Counted from the stretch's first letter, positions 19,326 through 30,100 are shown. The stretch is 64,000 nt of DNA from Ignavibacteriota bacterium (GCA_963787835.1 CAWBEI010000004.1:160001-224000); one strand, 5' to 3'. Numbers and translations: made by a program. The notes: generated by a model from the letters alone, not told the origin.

Positions 19326-20699
19326 TTACTCCGTCTTCTCCTCATGCTTTACAGCTGGAAGCTTTGCATAGAGTGTGGGTTTCGAGATGCCCAGAATGCG
19401 GGCGGCTTCGGTGCGGTTGCCGTGAACGGCATCGAGGACATGGTGAATATGCTCGCGCTCCACATCCGCCAGCGAGCGGTTCCAATCATATTGATGCCCA
19501 TGTGTCCGGTGTTCCGAGGCGATGGGGAGCACGGATTCTTCAATCACATCTGATTTCGACAGCACGACCGAGCGCGTCAAAACATTTTCCAACTCGCGCA
19601 CATTGCCAGACCAATTGTGCTTCTGAATGCGCTCCATTGCTGCGTCGCTTACTTTATAGACTTTCGTATGTAGTTCCTCATTGATGCGGCGCAATAAGCT
19701 TGTGACGAGGATCGGAATATCTTCTTTACGTTCGCGCAATGGGGGCGCTTTGATGGAAACGACGTTCAGCCGGTAATACAGATCTTCGCGGAAACGGCCC
19801 TCATCTACTTCCTTTTTCAGGTCTCGGTTCGTAGCGGCGATGATTCTCGCGTTCATGGGAAGTGTTTTTTCACCGCCGACGCGCTCGAACTCACGTTCCT
19901 GCAAAACGCGCAGTAATTTTACCTGAAGGGTAGGGGATATTTCGCCGATCTCATCCAAAAATATCGTTCCGCCGCGCGCAAGTTCGAACTTGCCGCGCTT
20001 ATCGCCAGTCGCGCCGGTGAACGATCCCTTTACGTGACCAAACAGCTCTGATTCCAATAGCGTCTCGGCAAGCGCCGTACAATTAACAGCGATGAACGGT
20101 TCGTCCCTCCATGGGGAATTAAAATGGATCGCGCGCGCGATCAGTTCTTTGCCGGTTCCCGATTCGCCTTCGATAAGCACCGTTACTCTGGACCGCGTTA
20201 CGCTTCCGATGGTCTTATAAATCTCGAGCATTTGCGGGCTCCTGCCCACGAGAATATTTTCGAGTTTGTATTCCTCGGCCTCTGTTTCCTTCAGCAGACC
20301 AAGTTGCTCAGAAAGCTGCTGGGTCTCGATCAGTCGTACAAGGATCTTTTTCAGCCGTTCGAGGTCGATCGGTTTTGTGAGATAATCATAGGCTCCTTGC
20401 TGCATTGCTTTGACCGTTGTTGCCATATCATCCTGGCCGGTCATGAGCAGCACGTTGACGTGCGGCGCGAACTCGTGAATTTTTGCCTGGAGTTCTAACC
20501 CGGTCATACCGGGCATATAGATATCCGAAAGAACTATTTCCGGCTGATCGACCTGTACGGCGAGCAACCCTTCGTTCGCGTTCGCGGCGGTTGTTACAGA
20601 AAATCCCTCGCGCGTGAGGAAACGCTCGAGGGTACGTCGCGCGGTCGCGTCGTCATCGATCACGAGAATTCTTGGGGTAGATGTTGTCATTTGGTCCAC
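19326..20699 (-). CDS. NtrC-family sigma54-dependent response regulator
   Basis: Receiver domain; GESGTGKE, ESELFGHVKGSFTGA, FLDEIGE, FREDLYYRL, WSGNVRELEN; Fis-type HTH. Confidence 0.93.
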   Translation of the reverse strand: MDQMTTSTPRILVIDDDATARRTLERFLTREGFSVTTAANANEGLLAVQVDQPEIVLSDIYMPGMTGLELQAKIHEFAPHVNVLLMTGQDDMATTVKAMQQGAYDYLTKPIDLERLKKILVRLIETQQLSEQLGLLKETEAEEYKLENILVGRSPQMLEIYKTIGSVTRSRVTVLIEGESGTGKELIARAIHFNSPWRDEPFIAVNCTALAETLLESELFGHVKGSFTGATGDKRGKFELARGGTIFLDEIGEISPTLQVKLLRVLQEREFERVGGEKTLPMNARIIAATNRDLKKEVDEGRFREDLYYRLNVVSIKAPPLRERKEDIPILVTSLLRRINEELHTKVYKVSDAAMERIQKHNWSGNVRELENVLTRSVVLSKSDVIEESVLPIASEHRTHGHQYDWNRSLADVEREHIHHVLDAVHGNRTEAARILGISKPTLYAKLPAVKHEEKTE

Positions 20700-20703
20700 G
20701 AGA

Positions 20704-21945
20704 TTATGCTGGTAAAGCTACGGTGAATACAGTAGTATAGGGAGGTTGTTGGGCAGTCTGAATATCGAGGAGGCCATGATGCTGCCGAACTATTTTTGCG
20801 CTTGTTGCAAGACCGAGACCAAGTCCCTGTGACTTTGTTGTAAAAAAGGGTCGAAATAAACTTTTGCGAACTTCGTCCGAAATGGCCGGGCCGCTATTGG
20901 AAACTTCGAACATAATAACTCTTCCGGAAGAACTGATCGGACGCCACGCCTCTCCTTCACGAAGATCGGCTTGAACCAATACCAAGCGCTGATCGCTTTG
21001 TTCTGCAGCTTCAATCGCATTCTGCACAAGATTAAGCATTACTTGTTTCATTTGATCGGGATCGAACCGACCGGTCAGTTTATCATGCTCGATCTCTACA
21101 TTCAGGGTAACATCCCGCTGCTCAGACTGAAAAATCAACAATTCTTCCAACTCCTCGAGAAAATCGGAAATAATAACACGCTCATAGTGAAGTTCCACGC
21201 TACGCGCATAGGTGAGTACATTTTTCACAAGTCCTTCGAGGCGTTTAGCCTCGCGGCTTATGAGATGAATAGATTCCCGTTCTTCTTCGGTCCAACGCTG
21301 TTCTGCATCGGCACTCTGTTCGAGCATATAGATATTCATTGCAATGCCATTCAACGGATTGCGTATCTCATGCACGAGCGTTGCAACACTTTCACCGATA
21401 GCAGAAAGCTTTTCACTCTGAATGATCTGTGATTCTAACCTTTTGCGCTCGGTGAGATCAATTTCTATTCCATGATAGCCGATGCGGTCGCCGTTCTCGG
21501 AAAATACAGGAGAGATGGTGAGGAAGCAGGTTTTATCTTCTCCCCATTTAGTGCGATTGATGATCTCACCTTTCCATTCTCCTTTTTCTTTCAGAGCTTT
21601 CCACATTCCCTCGTAAAATTCCTGAGTCGAGTAAGGGGAACGCAGAAATCCAGTGCGTTTGCCAACGACTTCCTCGTGGGAATATCCGAACATTTTCACG
21701 AAGGCATCATTAACCATTCGGATCAAACCGTTTGGATCGGTCAGAAGCATCCCATCAGACGCGTGTTCGAACGCAAATCGAAGTAAAGCAGGTGTTTCAG
21801 GCATAAATAGCAGAGTAGATTCTTGACGGGTGCTCAAGCCTGCGGTTGAAGCACTTATCACGAAGCGTGCTTCATTTGTGGTCAGGCCAGGGAGATCCTC
21901 GCCAACCAACAAACACTCATCTGCCTGTTTTGCTCCACTATTCAT
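20704..21945 (-). CDS. Cytoplasmic PAS histidine kinase
   Basis: PAS/PAC (VNDAFVKMFGYS...WKGEIINR), HEIRNPL, NLVQNA, FFTTK, GLGLGL; no TM segment. Confidence 0.9.
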   Translation of the reverse strand: MNSGAKQADECLLVGEDLPGLTTNEARFVISASTAGLSTRQESTLLFMPETPALLRFAFEHASDGMLLTDPNGLIRMVNDAFVKMFGYSHEEVVGKRTGFLRSPYSTQEFYEGMWKALKEKGEWKGEIINRTKWGEDKTCFLTISPVFSENGDRIGYHGIEIDLTERKRLESQIIQSEKLSAIGESVATLVHEIRNPLNGIAMNIYMLEQSADAEQRWTEEERESIHLISREAKRLEGLVKNVLTYARSVELHYERVIISDFLEELEELLIFQSEQRDVTLNVEIEHDKLTGRFDPDQMKQVMLNLVQNAIEAAEQSDQRLVLVQADLREGEAWRPISSSGRVIMFEVSNSGPAISDEVRKSLFRPFFTTKSQGLGLGLATSAKIVRQHHGLLDIQTAQQPPYTTVFTVALPA

Positions 21946-21962
21946 TGCATTTATGCGCCGTG

Positions 21963-23438
21963 TTACACTGCGTGGGAATACATCGGTACTTTTTTCTCAC
22001 CCTCTTCCAAATAGGCATCAAACTGTGCCGCAATGTTCCGAAGAAAATATTTTCCACGATCTGTTACCGAGATCGTATTTTCTCCGATCACGCACAGACC
22101 ATCGTCGGCGAGAGGGGATAACCGCTGCGTGGCCGCATAAAAATAACGATCGAATTCTATGCCGAACAGCCGCTCTGTCTCATGCTTATCGACCTGCGCG
22201 TTGCACATGAGTTGCATAATGACATATTCACGAGCGGCGTCATCGGAAGAGAGTTCGTAACCTTTTTCGATCGGCAACTGGCCGGCATCGATCATTTCAT
22301 AATATTCGTGCAGTTCCTTTACATTTTGCGCAAAAACATTTTCCACACGCCCGATGGCGGAGATCCCAAAGGCCAGCATATCTTTACCGGCAAGGGTTGA
22401 GTATCCCTGGAAATTCCGATGTAAGGTTCCATTCTTCCTGGCTGCTACAAGCGTATCCGTTAGTTTCGCAAAATGATCCATGCCAAGATATTCATATCCG
22501 GCCTCCGTCAATTCATGGATCGCAAGTTCCAGGATCGCCAGTTTGGAACTTGCCTTTGGGAGCGTTTCGATCTCGATCAGTTTTTGGTGCGGTTTCAGCC
22601 ACGGAACGTAGGCGAAATTATAGACCGCAATTCGGTCAGGAGATATTTTCTTCACAGCATCCAAGGTGGCACGGAAATTTTCGCTCGTTTGATAGGGCAG
22701 GCCATAAATAAGATCGAGATTGATTCCTGAGATGCCTGCCTCCCGACACCAGTCGATCACTTGTTCTGTCATGCTGCGTGGCTGAACGCGGTTCACAGCG
22801 ATCTGCACGTCGGGGTCTAGGTCTTGCACGCCAATGCTGGCGCGATTGAATCCAACCATTTTCATTGAATCAATATGCTCGAGTGTTACGCCTCGCGGAT
22901 CGATCTCAATGGATATTTCCGCATCAGGCGCAATAGAAAAGGTGTTTCGAATATGCGCGCCAAGATCGGCGATTTCTGCTGGTAATAGATGTGTCGGGCT
23001 GCCTCCGCCCCAATGCATTTGCACGATGGTAGGGGAAGTCTCAAATAATTCCGCAGCAAGCGTGATCTCGCGCTTTAGGTACGCAAGATACTCGGCAATT
23101 TTCTCGCGATTGTTCGAGATGAGCATTGTACATCCGCAAAAGTAGCAGAGCGTATCACAGAAGGGAAGATGGATGTACAATGAAATTTCCGTTTGGTCTC
23201 CCTCGCGAGTGATTGTAGTGATGTGATCGATATATCTTCCGCTGTCGAAGGAACTTGTAAATAGCGTGGCTGGCGGATAGCTTGTGTATCGTGGTGCTGC
23301 CACAGTGTATTTGGAAAGCAGTGGCAACAGGTCAACTCGCTTCGGCACCTCTTGCAGAGGCGCAGCTTTCTTATACCTCTCACTGTTCCGGAGAGGTTTG
23401 AACGCCCTTGCATTATGAATCAAGACGGTGTCTTCCAC
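21963..23438 (-). CDS. hemN: Oxygen-independent coproporphyrinogen III oxidase
   Basis: PRYTSYP, HLPFCDTLCYFCGC, HWGGGSP, LHRNFQGYST. Confidence 0.93.
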   Translation of the reverse strand: MEDTVLIHNARAFKPLRNSERYKKAAPLQEVPKRVDLLPLLSKYTVAAPRYTSYPPATLFTSSFDSGRYIDHITTITREGDQTEISLYIHLPFCDTLCYFCGCTMLISNNREKIAEYLAYLKREITLAAELFETSPTIVQMHWGGGSPTHLLPAEIADLGAHIRNTFSIAPDAEISIEIDPRGVTLEHIDSMKMVGFNRASIGVQDLDPDVQIAVNRVQPRSMTEQVIDWCREAGISGINLDLIYGLPYQTSENFRATLDAVKKISPDRIAVYNFAYVPWLKPHQKLIEIETLPKASSKLAILELAIHELTEAGYEYLGMDHFAKLTDTLVAARKNGTLHRNFQGYSTLAGKDMLAFGISAIGRVENVFAQNVKELHEYYEMIDAGQLPIEKGYELSSDDAAREYVIMQLMCNAQVDKHETERLFGIEFDRYFYAATQRLSPLADDGLCVIGENTISVTDRGKYFLRNIAAQFDAYLEEGEKKVPMYSHAV

Positions 23439-23460
23439 AAATATTTAATTTTGAGCTCAG

Positions 23461-24261
23461 CTATGCGTGCCGGTAACTATTGATGATCTCTCTCTGTCTC
23501 ATCGGCGGATGATCCTCAAGCGGGAATCCCGTACGTTTATCGAACGATTGTTCGAGCGTTAGGACCCGCGGGAAAAGCATGTTGTTCTCAAGGTGCACGT
23601 GCTGGTGTAGATCATTGGTGAACGCTGCGAGTCCTTTTATAACCGTACCATGCATTGTGCTTACTCCGTTAGGAATCGTAAAATCGTTGAGCAATGCTCT
23701 GATCTTTGCAAAGATCTGCGATGTTTCATCGTGCTCTTGTTCCATTCTTGTTATAGGGCCATCGATCGTCACAAACGGTGCAAGCGGACGCCGGCGTGAA
23801 AACTCCCTCGCCGATGCAAGCGACTTGAAATATGGAAAGAGGATCATCTCTTCTTTTCGCATGTGCTGCTCGATCTCATGCGCTGCACGCTGAAACAAGA
23901 ACATCACCGGTTTGAGATAGGGGAATTTATCCCCGTGCGATTCATTAACCTTTGCAAGTTGCTCGAGAAGCAGCGGAATCGTCGCGCGGCAATAACGATG
24001 GTGGTTTTCGACAATATACTCTATGAGGAATTCCTCGTCCCACAGGTCCCCATGTAAAAAACTGTAGGGGCGCGAAAGCTTTAACGCCTCGATTTCTTTT
24101 AAGACAAGGTTAATATCGAGGTCTTTCTTAGCGCATACGGCTTCGAGTGTTTCCTCTCCGTGACAGCAATAATCAATCCCATAGCGCTCGAAGAGGTGCG
24201 CTATCGCGCCCTCAGCGAGTACAATATCTTTTACGGCTTGTGATCTCATTTCGTCTCCCAA
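23461..24261 (-). CDS. ric: Repair-of-iron-centres di-iron protein (YtfE/DnrN/ScdA)
   Basis: IDYCCHG, HHRY, HMRKEEMILFP, MEQEHD, HVHLENNMLFP. ATG at 24249 is an alternative start. Confidence 0.9.
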   Translation of the reverse strand: MGDEMRSQAVKDIVLAEGAIAHLFERYGIDYCCHGEETLEAVCAKKDLDINLVLKEIEALKLSRPYSFLHGDLWDEEFLIEYIVENHHRYCRATIPLLLEQLAKVNESHGDKFPYLKPVMFLFQRAAHEIEQHMRKEEMILFPYFKSLASAREFSRRRPLAPFVTIDGPITRMEQEHDETSQIFAKIRALLNDFTIPNGVSTMHGTVIKGLAAFTNDLHQHVHLENNMLFPRVLTLEQSFDKRTGFPLEDHPPMRQREIINSYRHA

Positions 24262-24331
24262 TAAGATTTTTTATTCCATTTCCTGCCATCATCTTAAATA
24301 AGTCTCTGGCGAGTTTTCTTTGCACCATTGA

Positions 24332-24346
24332 GTAAGAAATTCTTAC
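24332..24346. promoter_or_regulatory. Perfect palindrome GTAAGA-AAT-TCTTAC upstream of ric-hemN-kinase-regulator
   Basis: Same arms as 9848-9862. Confidence 0.6.
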
Positions 24347-24504
24347 GCTTCCAATGTATTCATTAAGCATTTGGGCTCAATAAAGGTGAAAAATGACTCG
24401 TAATCTCCATTTTCAGCGTCTTTTCGCACCTTCCATATAGTATGGAGTAAAAGCTATGCCGAAATATCACTGTTCGCAGGTCGGCTCTCGATAATGCAGG
24501 ATCC

Positions 24505-24538
24505 AAAAAAGAAAGGGGCGGTTTTCACCGCCCCTTTT
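24505..24538 (-). terminator. Strong intrinsic terminator with no annotated gene feeding it
   Basis: aaaggggcgg-N-ccgccccttt stem with a long T tract on the minus strand. Confidence 0.75.
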
Positions 24539-24604
24539 GTCGCCTTTTTCTTGTCGTCTTTTAGGGGGACCTTGTCATCGGAATGCAACTTCATTCACTT
24601 TGTC
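24505..24604 (-). ncRNA. Candidate ~100-nt sRNA with four GACAA motifs
   Basis: Bounded by a sigma54-like -24 box (24615-24629, TGGAACGGAAATGTT) and the orphan terminator. Confidence 0.4.
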
Positions 24605-24683
24605 TTTTTACAATAACATTTCCGTTCCAATTTCAAAATTGACATTCTTTCTCAATTTATTCTCCGTATTTGAAGACAATGCA

Positions 24684-24718
24684 GTAAAAATATCTTACCT
24701 GCCGGAAGGAAATCTTAC
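24684..24718. promoter_or_regulatory. Tandem pair of palindromic activator sites
   Basis: GTAAAAATATCTTAC (24684) and GGAAGGAAATCTTAC (24704), 20 bp apart like the 6158/6178 pair. Confidence 0.55.
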
Positions 24719-24815
24719 AACAAAACATTTTTGGCCCTTTCTTACCCGCGGAGGATTATTTTGGACGAACCAAAGAGCAGCAGGGAATCGAAGATGAACT
24801 TTCGGGAGCAGTCAT

Positions 24816-24860
24816 TTAACAGGACGGTAACGTTTCGATAATATGGCCTCCCTATTTTTG
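24816..24860 (+). promoter_or_regulatory. 11-bp direct repeats (Pho-box-like) plus TAnnTTTG -7 box
   Basis: tTAACaggacg gTAACgtttcg aTAATatggcc, then TATTTTTG at 24853. Confidence 0.6.
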
Positions 24861-24908
24861 TGGCACAGAGAATTTATCTTACTAATTTCCCGATATTTAC
24901 ACGCACTC

Positions 24909-26876
24909 ATGAAAAAACTGTTACTTCCTTGTTTTCTTGTTGCAATATTTTTCGCAGGCTTTACTGGTCTTGCCGAAAATGCTAATGCACAAACCACCAC
25001 ACTTATTCACTACTGGAATTTCAATACTCTTGCAGGACCGTACACCCATCCTAATATTCCAAATATCGTAGCCGACTACACGGTTCTAACACCTGCGGAT
25101 TCGGCATATCTGGAATATTATCTTCTGCCAGGCACTTCAGCCACATGGGCTATCTCAGGGCCCGAAGCCAACAACGCAAGCGGCGCTCAGATCGATAACG
25201 TAACCGGCGATACCACGAATGCTCGCATGGGCGATCCTGCAGGTACTGGTATTCGGTTCCGAAACCCAACAGATTCCTGCGAACTTCACTGGCACATTCC
25301 CTCGACGGGATTTACAAACCTTGTTCTCAAGTTTGCAACACAGACATCCAGCATCGCGTCTGGTGATTCTGCGCAAATTTATTCTTACAGCGTCGATGGT
25401 GGAAAGACATGGGATAGCACCGGCATGACCGTTAATGGAGCACCTGGCTATACACTCGACTTAACGCAAGGTGGCAACGCTAACAGCATCTATTTAAACT
25501 TTGCACCTGTCACGATCACTTTTGGAAGTAACACGGCCGTCAATAATAACCCGAAGCTGATTTTCCGTATTATTTTCCGTGGCAATACTCATCCCAATAT
25601 GCCTGTAAGTGGGAACAACCGCTTCGATAACTTAACGCTCGATGGTGTGGGAAGTTCGGGGCCACCACCACCGCCACCTGCTAAGATAACGCTTTCAACA
25701 CCCGAAGTAGGCAATATTCTCATTCCTGGGCAACAGGAAACGATTTCGTTTACAACTCAAGGTCTGGCTAGTGGTGATACTATCAAGTTTTCGACCAATG
25801 GCGGCACCTCCTGGTCCACAATCGGAACCACCCCATCCAGTGCCACATCTTATGCCTGGACCGTTCCAAATGTCGCAACGGAACAGGGTTTGATCGAAGT
25901 TGTTGACTCGGGTATAACGGCGGTAAGCGGCTTATTTCCTATTTACCCTATCACTTCATCGAACCTCATCGTCCATTACTGGGATTTCAACACCCTGTTC
26001 GGTAAGACGTATAATATTCCGAATATTCCACCCATCCCGGCTGATTTCTCGGCAACTTCTGCACAGGGTATGATCGTTTACGATACCTTACCTGGAATCT
26101 CGAATTCCAATAAAGGCTATCTCGATAATGTTGCCGGCGATACTACTACGGCCAATGACGACAACCTCTTCGGAGAGCCCCTCCTGGGTCCTGATAACGT
26201 GGCGCTTCGAGTTCGCAACCCAACAGATAGCATGGATCTTCGCTTTGTATTACCTACGACAGGGTATTCGGGAATCAGTTTTAAATATTCGTTGCAATCA
26301 TCGAGCCTTACAGGGCCTCAACGCGAGTTTTTTACGTATAATAGTCAAGGGTTCTGGACTTCGACAGGTATAACGGTCAATGGCGTTGTCCAGGACTCCT
26401 TAGATGTTACCCAGAGTCAGTATCAAGGGGCGAACAACGGGCAATATGGGCTTGTAACTATTGGGTTTACCGCTGCTGTTCAGGCTGCGATCAGTAACAA
26501 TCCCAATTTCCAGTTCCGCATTATTTTTGGTGACACAGCGACTGGTGGAACAAGCGGCAATAACCGTTTCGATAATTTCACCGTCCTGGCAACGAGCCAG
26601 GTTACGAATGGCGTAACCGTGCCAGTCCAAGCACAGCAGCAATTGGACATCTCTCCGAATCCGGCAGGGGATGAAATCTCGTTCGCCAATCCTTTCGCTT
26701 CGCAGATCGCGATTGCCGTTATCGATCAGACGGGCCGCGAGGTGCTCCAGTCAAGCGGGACAGGTGCATCTACGGTAAATCTTGATATATCAACACTGGC
26801 GTCCGGAGCGTATTACGTTCGCATTCAAAATGTCTCGAACGGAAATGAGCAATTAGCCAAGTTTATAAAGCAATAA
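24909..26876 (+). CDS. T9SS-secreted protein with two copies of an uncharacterised HYWNFN...GNNRFDN domain
   Basis: Signal peptide ending ANA, internal repeat, poly-Pro linker, CTD ISPNPA...LASGAYYVRI...KFIKQ. Confidence 0.85.
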   Translation: MKKLLLPCFLVAIFFAGFTGLAENANAQTTTLIHYWNFNTLAGPYTHPNIPNIVADYTVLTPADSAYLEYYLLPGTSATWAISGPEANNASGAQIDNVTGDTTNARMGDPAGTGIRFRNPTDSCELHWHIPSTGFTNLVLKFATQTSSIASGDSAQIYSYSVDGGKTWDSTGMTVNGAPGYTLDLTQGGNANSIYLNFAPVTITFGSNTAVNNNPKLIFRIIFRGNTHPNMPVSGNNRFDNLTLDGVGSSGPPPPPPAKITLSTPEVGNILIPGQQETISFTTQGLASGDTIKFSTNGGTSWSTIGTTPSSATSYAWTVPNVATEQGLIEVVDSGITAVSGLFPIYPITSSNLIVHYWDFNTLFGKTYNIPNIPPIPADFSATSAQGMIVYDTLPGISNSNKGYLDNVAGDTTTANDDNLFGEPLLGPDNVALRVRNPTDSMDLRFVLPTTGYSGISFKYSLQSSSLTGPQREFFTYNSQGFWTSTGITVNGVVQDSLDVTQSQYQGANNGQYGLVTIGFTAAVQAAISNNPNFQFRIIFGDTATGGTSGNNRFDNFTVLATSQVTNGVTVPVQAQQQLDISPNPAGDEISFANPFASQIAIAVIDQTGREVLQSSGTGASTVNLDISTLASGAYYVRIQNVSNGNEQLAKFIKQ

Positions 26877-26899
26877 GTTGGTCGTTTGCGGTTTGCGTT

Positions 26900-26946
26900 G
26901 CCCGCGCCTTTAGGATGATATTTCTATTGGTGCGGGCTTCTTTTTT
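26900..26946 (+). terminator. Intrinsic terminator
   Basis: gcccgcgcc...ggtgcgggc followed by ttctttttt. Confidence 0.6.
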
Positions 26947-26996
26947 CATCAAATCAATCTTCAACTTCATTCATATTATCATTTCGTGTCCACTAC

Positions 26997-27041
26997 GCAA
27001 CGATTTGTTAATATTAGCATAATGATAATGATGTAAGTTTG
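26997..27041 (+). promoter_or_regulatory. 11-bp direct repeats (Pho-box-like) plus TAnnTTTG -7 box
   Basis: gCAACgatttg tTAATattagc aTAATgataat, then TAAGTTTG at 27034. Confidence 0.6.
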
Positions 27042-27103
27042 TGCCAGAACCTCAAGCCCCCTCGATTGGGGCTTTTTCAATCAAACACTCGAAAACTCTT
27101 TAC

Positions 27104-30100
27104 ATGAGAAAATCCTTACTCGCTGCATTTTTATTTATCGCGATCTTTTCCATTTCAAAGCGATCTGAAGCTCAATCATTAATTCATTATTGGAATTTCA
27201 ACGTACAACCTGCTGTCGCTGATACCTTCCCCAATATTCCGTTGCTTAAAGCGAGTTATTCGGTGATCGACACGAACAAGGCCTATATTAAGTATCAACC
27301 CATCGCGGGAACATCCGTAGCTTCCGACGATAGCGCATGGATCGATAATGTAGCTGGTACTACTTTGAATGCTCAGCAAGGTGCGGCGGCTGGAAATTCT
27401 CTTCGAGTTCGAAATCCATCGGATGCTATGGAACTTCGAATATACATGCCGACCACGAACTACCAGAACATTTCCGTAAGCTATGCTCTGGAAACATCGA
27501 GTACGGGAAGCGGTCAGGGAACCGAAGCGTTCGATTATAGCGTCGATAGCGGCGTGACCTGGAAAACCAGTGCTCTCACCGTCAACGGAGTGACTGCCGA
27601 TACGCTTAATGTCGCACAAACGCTTTATACGAATTTTGCACTTGTCACCATCGGGTTTGGCTCGGATACGACCGTAAATAACACGACCAAGCTTGTGCTG
27701 CGAATTAAATTCACAAAACAAAATACTGGCACGAGTGGAAACAACCGATTCGACAATCTTGCTGTAACGGGGAACATCCTCTCTACGTCGATCTCCATCC
27801 TTACTCAACTTACGGGTGATACCCTTTTAACGGGACAGTTAATACATATTTCTTATGCAACAACCGGTACGGTATCCAATTTCCGTGCTGTCGATCTTAC
27901 CGATGATTCCGGCAAGATATGGAATGAACTCGGCATATCTACTCAGGACACTTTCTCTTTTGTTATACCGAAGGATTCGTCCTGGAATTGCTTTCTCGAA
28001 GTACTGGATGAGAATGGCATTGTCGGTAAAAGTGGCCGGTTCGGCATTTTCGTAACCAAGCCGCTGCCACCACCGCCCCCGCCGCCGGACACCAGTCATA
28101 AATCGGGAGCTTCCACGCTCATTCACTATTGGAACTTTAACAACTTATCTGCGACCTATAAAGAACCGAACGTACCTAAGATCGATGCCGACTATTCGGT
28201 GCTCGATACCAGCAAAGCCTATCTCCAATATTACCTGCTTCCAGGAACGTCGAGCACGTATGGCGTAGCCAACGGCTCCGATAACCTCGATAACGTTGCC
28301 AGTGCCGATACCAGTAATCTCCGCCTCGGTACAGTGTCAGGGCAGGCGCTTCGCGTTCGAAATCCTGTGGATTCAGTCGAACTTCGTTGGCATATTCCCT
28401 CGACCGGCTATGCGAACCTCGTGGTCAAGTTCGCTGTAGAATCTTCGAGCACGACAAGTGGCGATTCCACACAGGTATATTCGTATAGTGTCGATGGCGG
28501 AACAACATGGAAATCAACCGGTATGACCGTGAACGGTGCGAATGTCGATACGATGGACGTTACTGATAACCCACTGATGCAAGGCACCAACTGGGGTTTG
28601 GTGACCGTCACGTTCGGCTCGGATGCGTCGGTAAATAACAATCCGAACCTCATCTTTAGAATTGTCTGCCGCGGTAATACCCACCTCCTCAGCGGCAATA
28701 ACCGCTATGATGACTTTACCCTCGACGGTACGCCTGTCGGCGCGCAGACGCTTATTCACTATTGGAACTTCAGTGCACTTTCCACAAAAGACACCGTGCC
28801 TAATGTGCCTCGTCTAAAAGCGTTTTATTCCGTGATTGACACGAATGCAGCGACGATCATTGATACGCTCCAGCCTGGAACTTCAAAATACTATGTGGGC
28901 TGGTTTGATAACGTTGCAGGGGATACCACGAATCATCAGCTCGGCGACCTTACAACAAACGCGCTCCGAGCTCGTAATCCTACGGACAGCATGGAAATCC
29001 TTATGAGAATGCCATCCACGGGGTATAAGAATCTCGTTGTTCAGTATGGTTTGGAGTCTTCCAGCTTAACCAGTGGCCAGCTTGTAGAGGTTTTCGATTA
29101 TAGCACGGACGGTGGTAACACATGGAAAAACAGTTCACTTTCGGTGCAGGGTTTGAATGTTGATACGCTCGATGTAACAAATCCAATCTTCCAGGGCACA
29201 AGCTGGGGGTTGGTAACGGTAACGTTTGGCAACGACTCGACTGTTAACAATAACCCTAACCTTGTGCTTCGTGTTAAATTCCGTGGGAATAACACGGGCA
29301 CCAGTGGCAACAACCGTTTCGAGCATGTGACCTTAGAAGGCGTGGCGAGTTCGTCAGCGCCGCCGCCACCACCTCCGCCGGTACCTGATTCCATCGTTGT
29401 GACAGCTCCGCCTGTGGGTGATACGCTACTCGCTGGAACGCAGACAACCATTTCCTACACCGTCACATCGACCACAAGCTACACCCGTGCAATCGACTAT
29501 TCCACGAATGGTGGTACAACTTGGACAAGCGTTGCGACTGGAGTGACGTCACTTTCCTATATTTGGACGGTGCCATCAACTCCCGCATCGAACGTGTTAG
29601 TCCGCGTAAAGGACACAACCGGAGTGATAGGAATGAGCGGGAAATTCGTAATTGTCGTTCCAGGCACGGTTGATAGTGTCTGGATTTCCTCATCCCCAGT
29701 GGTTGCAGGTCTTCCCACGAACGTGGAGTGGAGAGCGACGGGGTATCTTGGCAACACGTTCTCGCTCAATGTCTATTATGATGGTGTGACGCCGAATCTG
29801 CTGGAGAACGGTTCCGCAGCAGCGAGCGGAAACTATATTTGGTCTGTTCCTGATGCACAAATTGATTCTGTATTCATTCGGATTACCTTTGCATCTGGTG
29901 CAACAGGAAGATCCGCGCCGTTCAATATTGTTGTTCCCGCAGATGTATCCCAGGGTTCGAACGCAGGAACTGAAGTGCAGGTCTGGCCCAATCCATTTCG
30001 AACGCAGGCCACGCTTCAGTATGATCTAGTATCTTCTGAAAATGTGTCACTTTCGATTCACGATCTCGTGGGCCGGGATGTGGAATCCATTCCGGAAGGT

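Noticed and set aside
24274-24288. sigma54-like box TGGCAGGAAATGGAA (minus) before ric
   Set aside because: -12 element is off-register and the implied start coincides with the start codon; too weak to call
24537-24797. 86-aa plus-strand ORF
   Set aside because: TTG start inside a terminator stem; spans regulatory motifs
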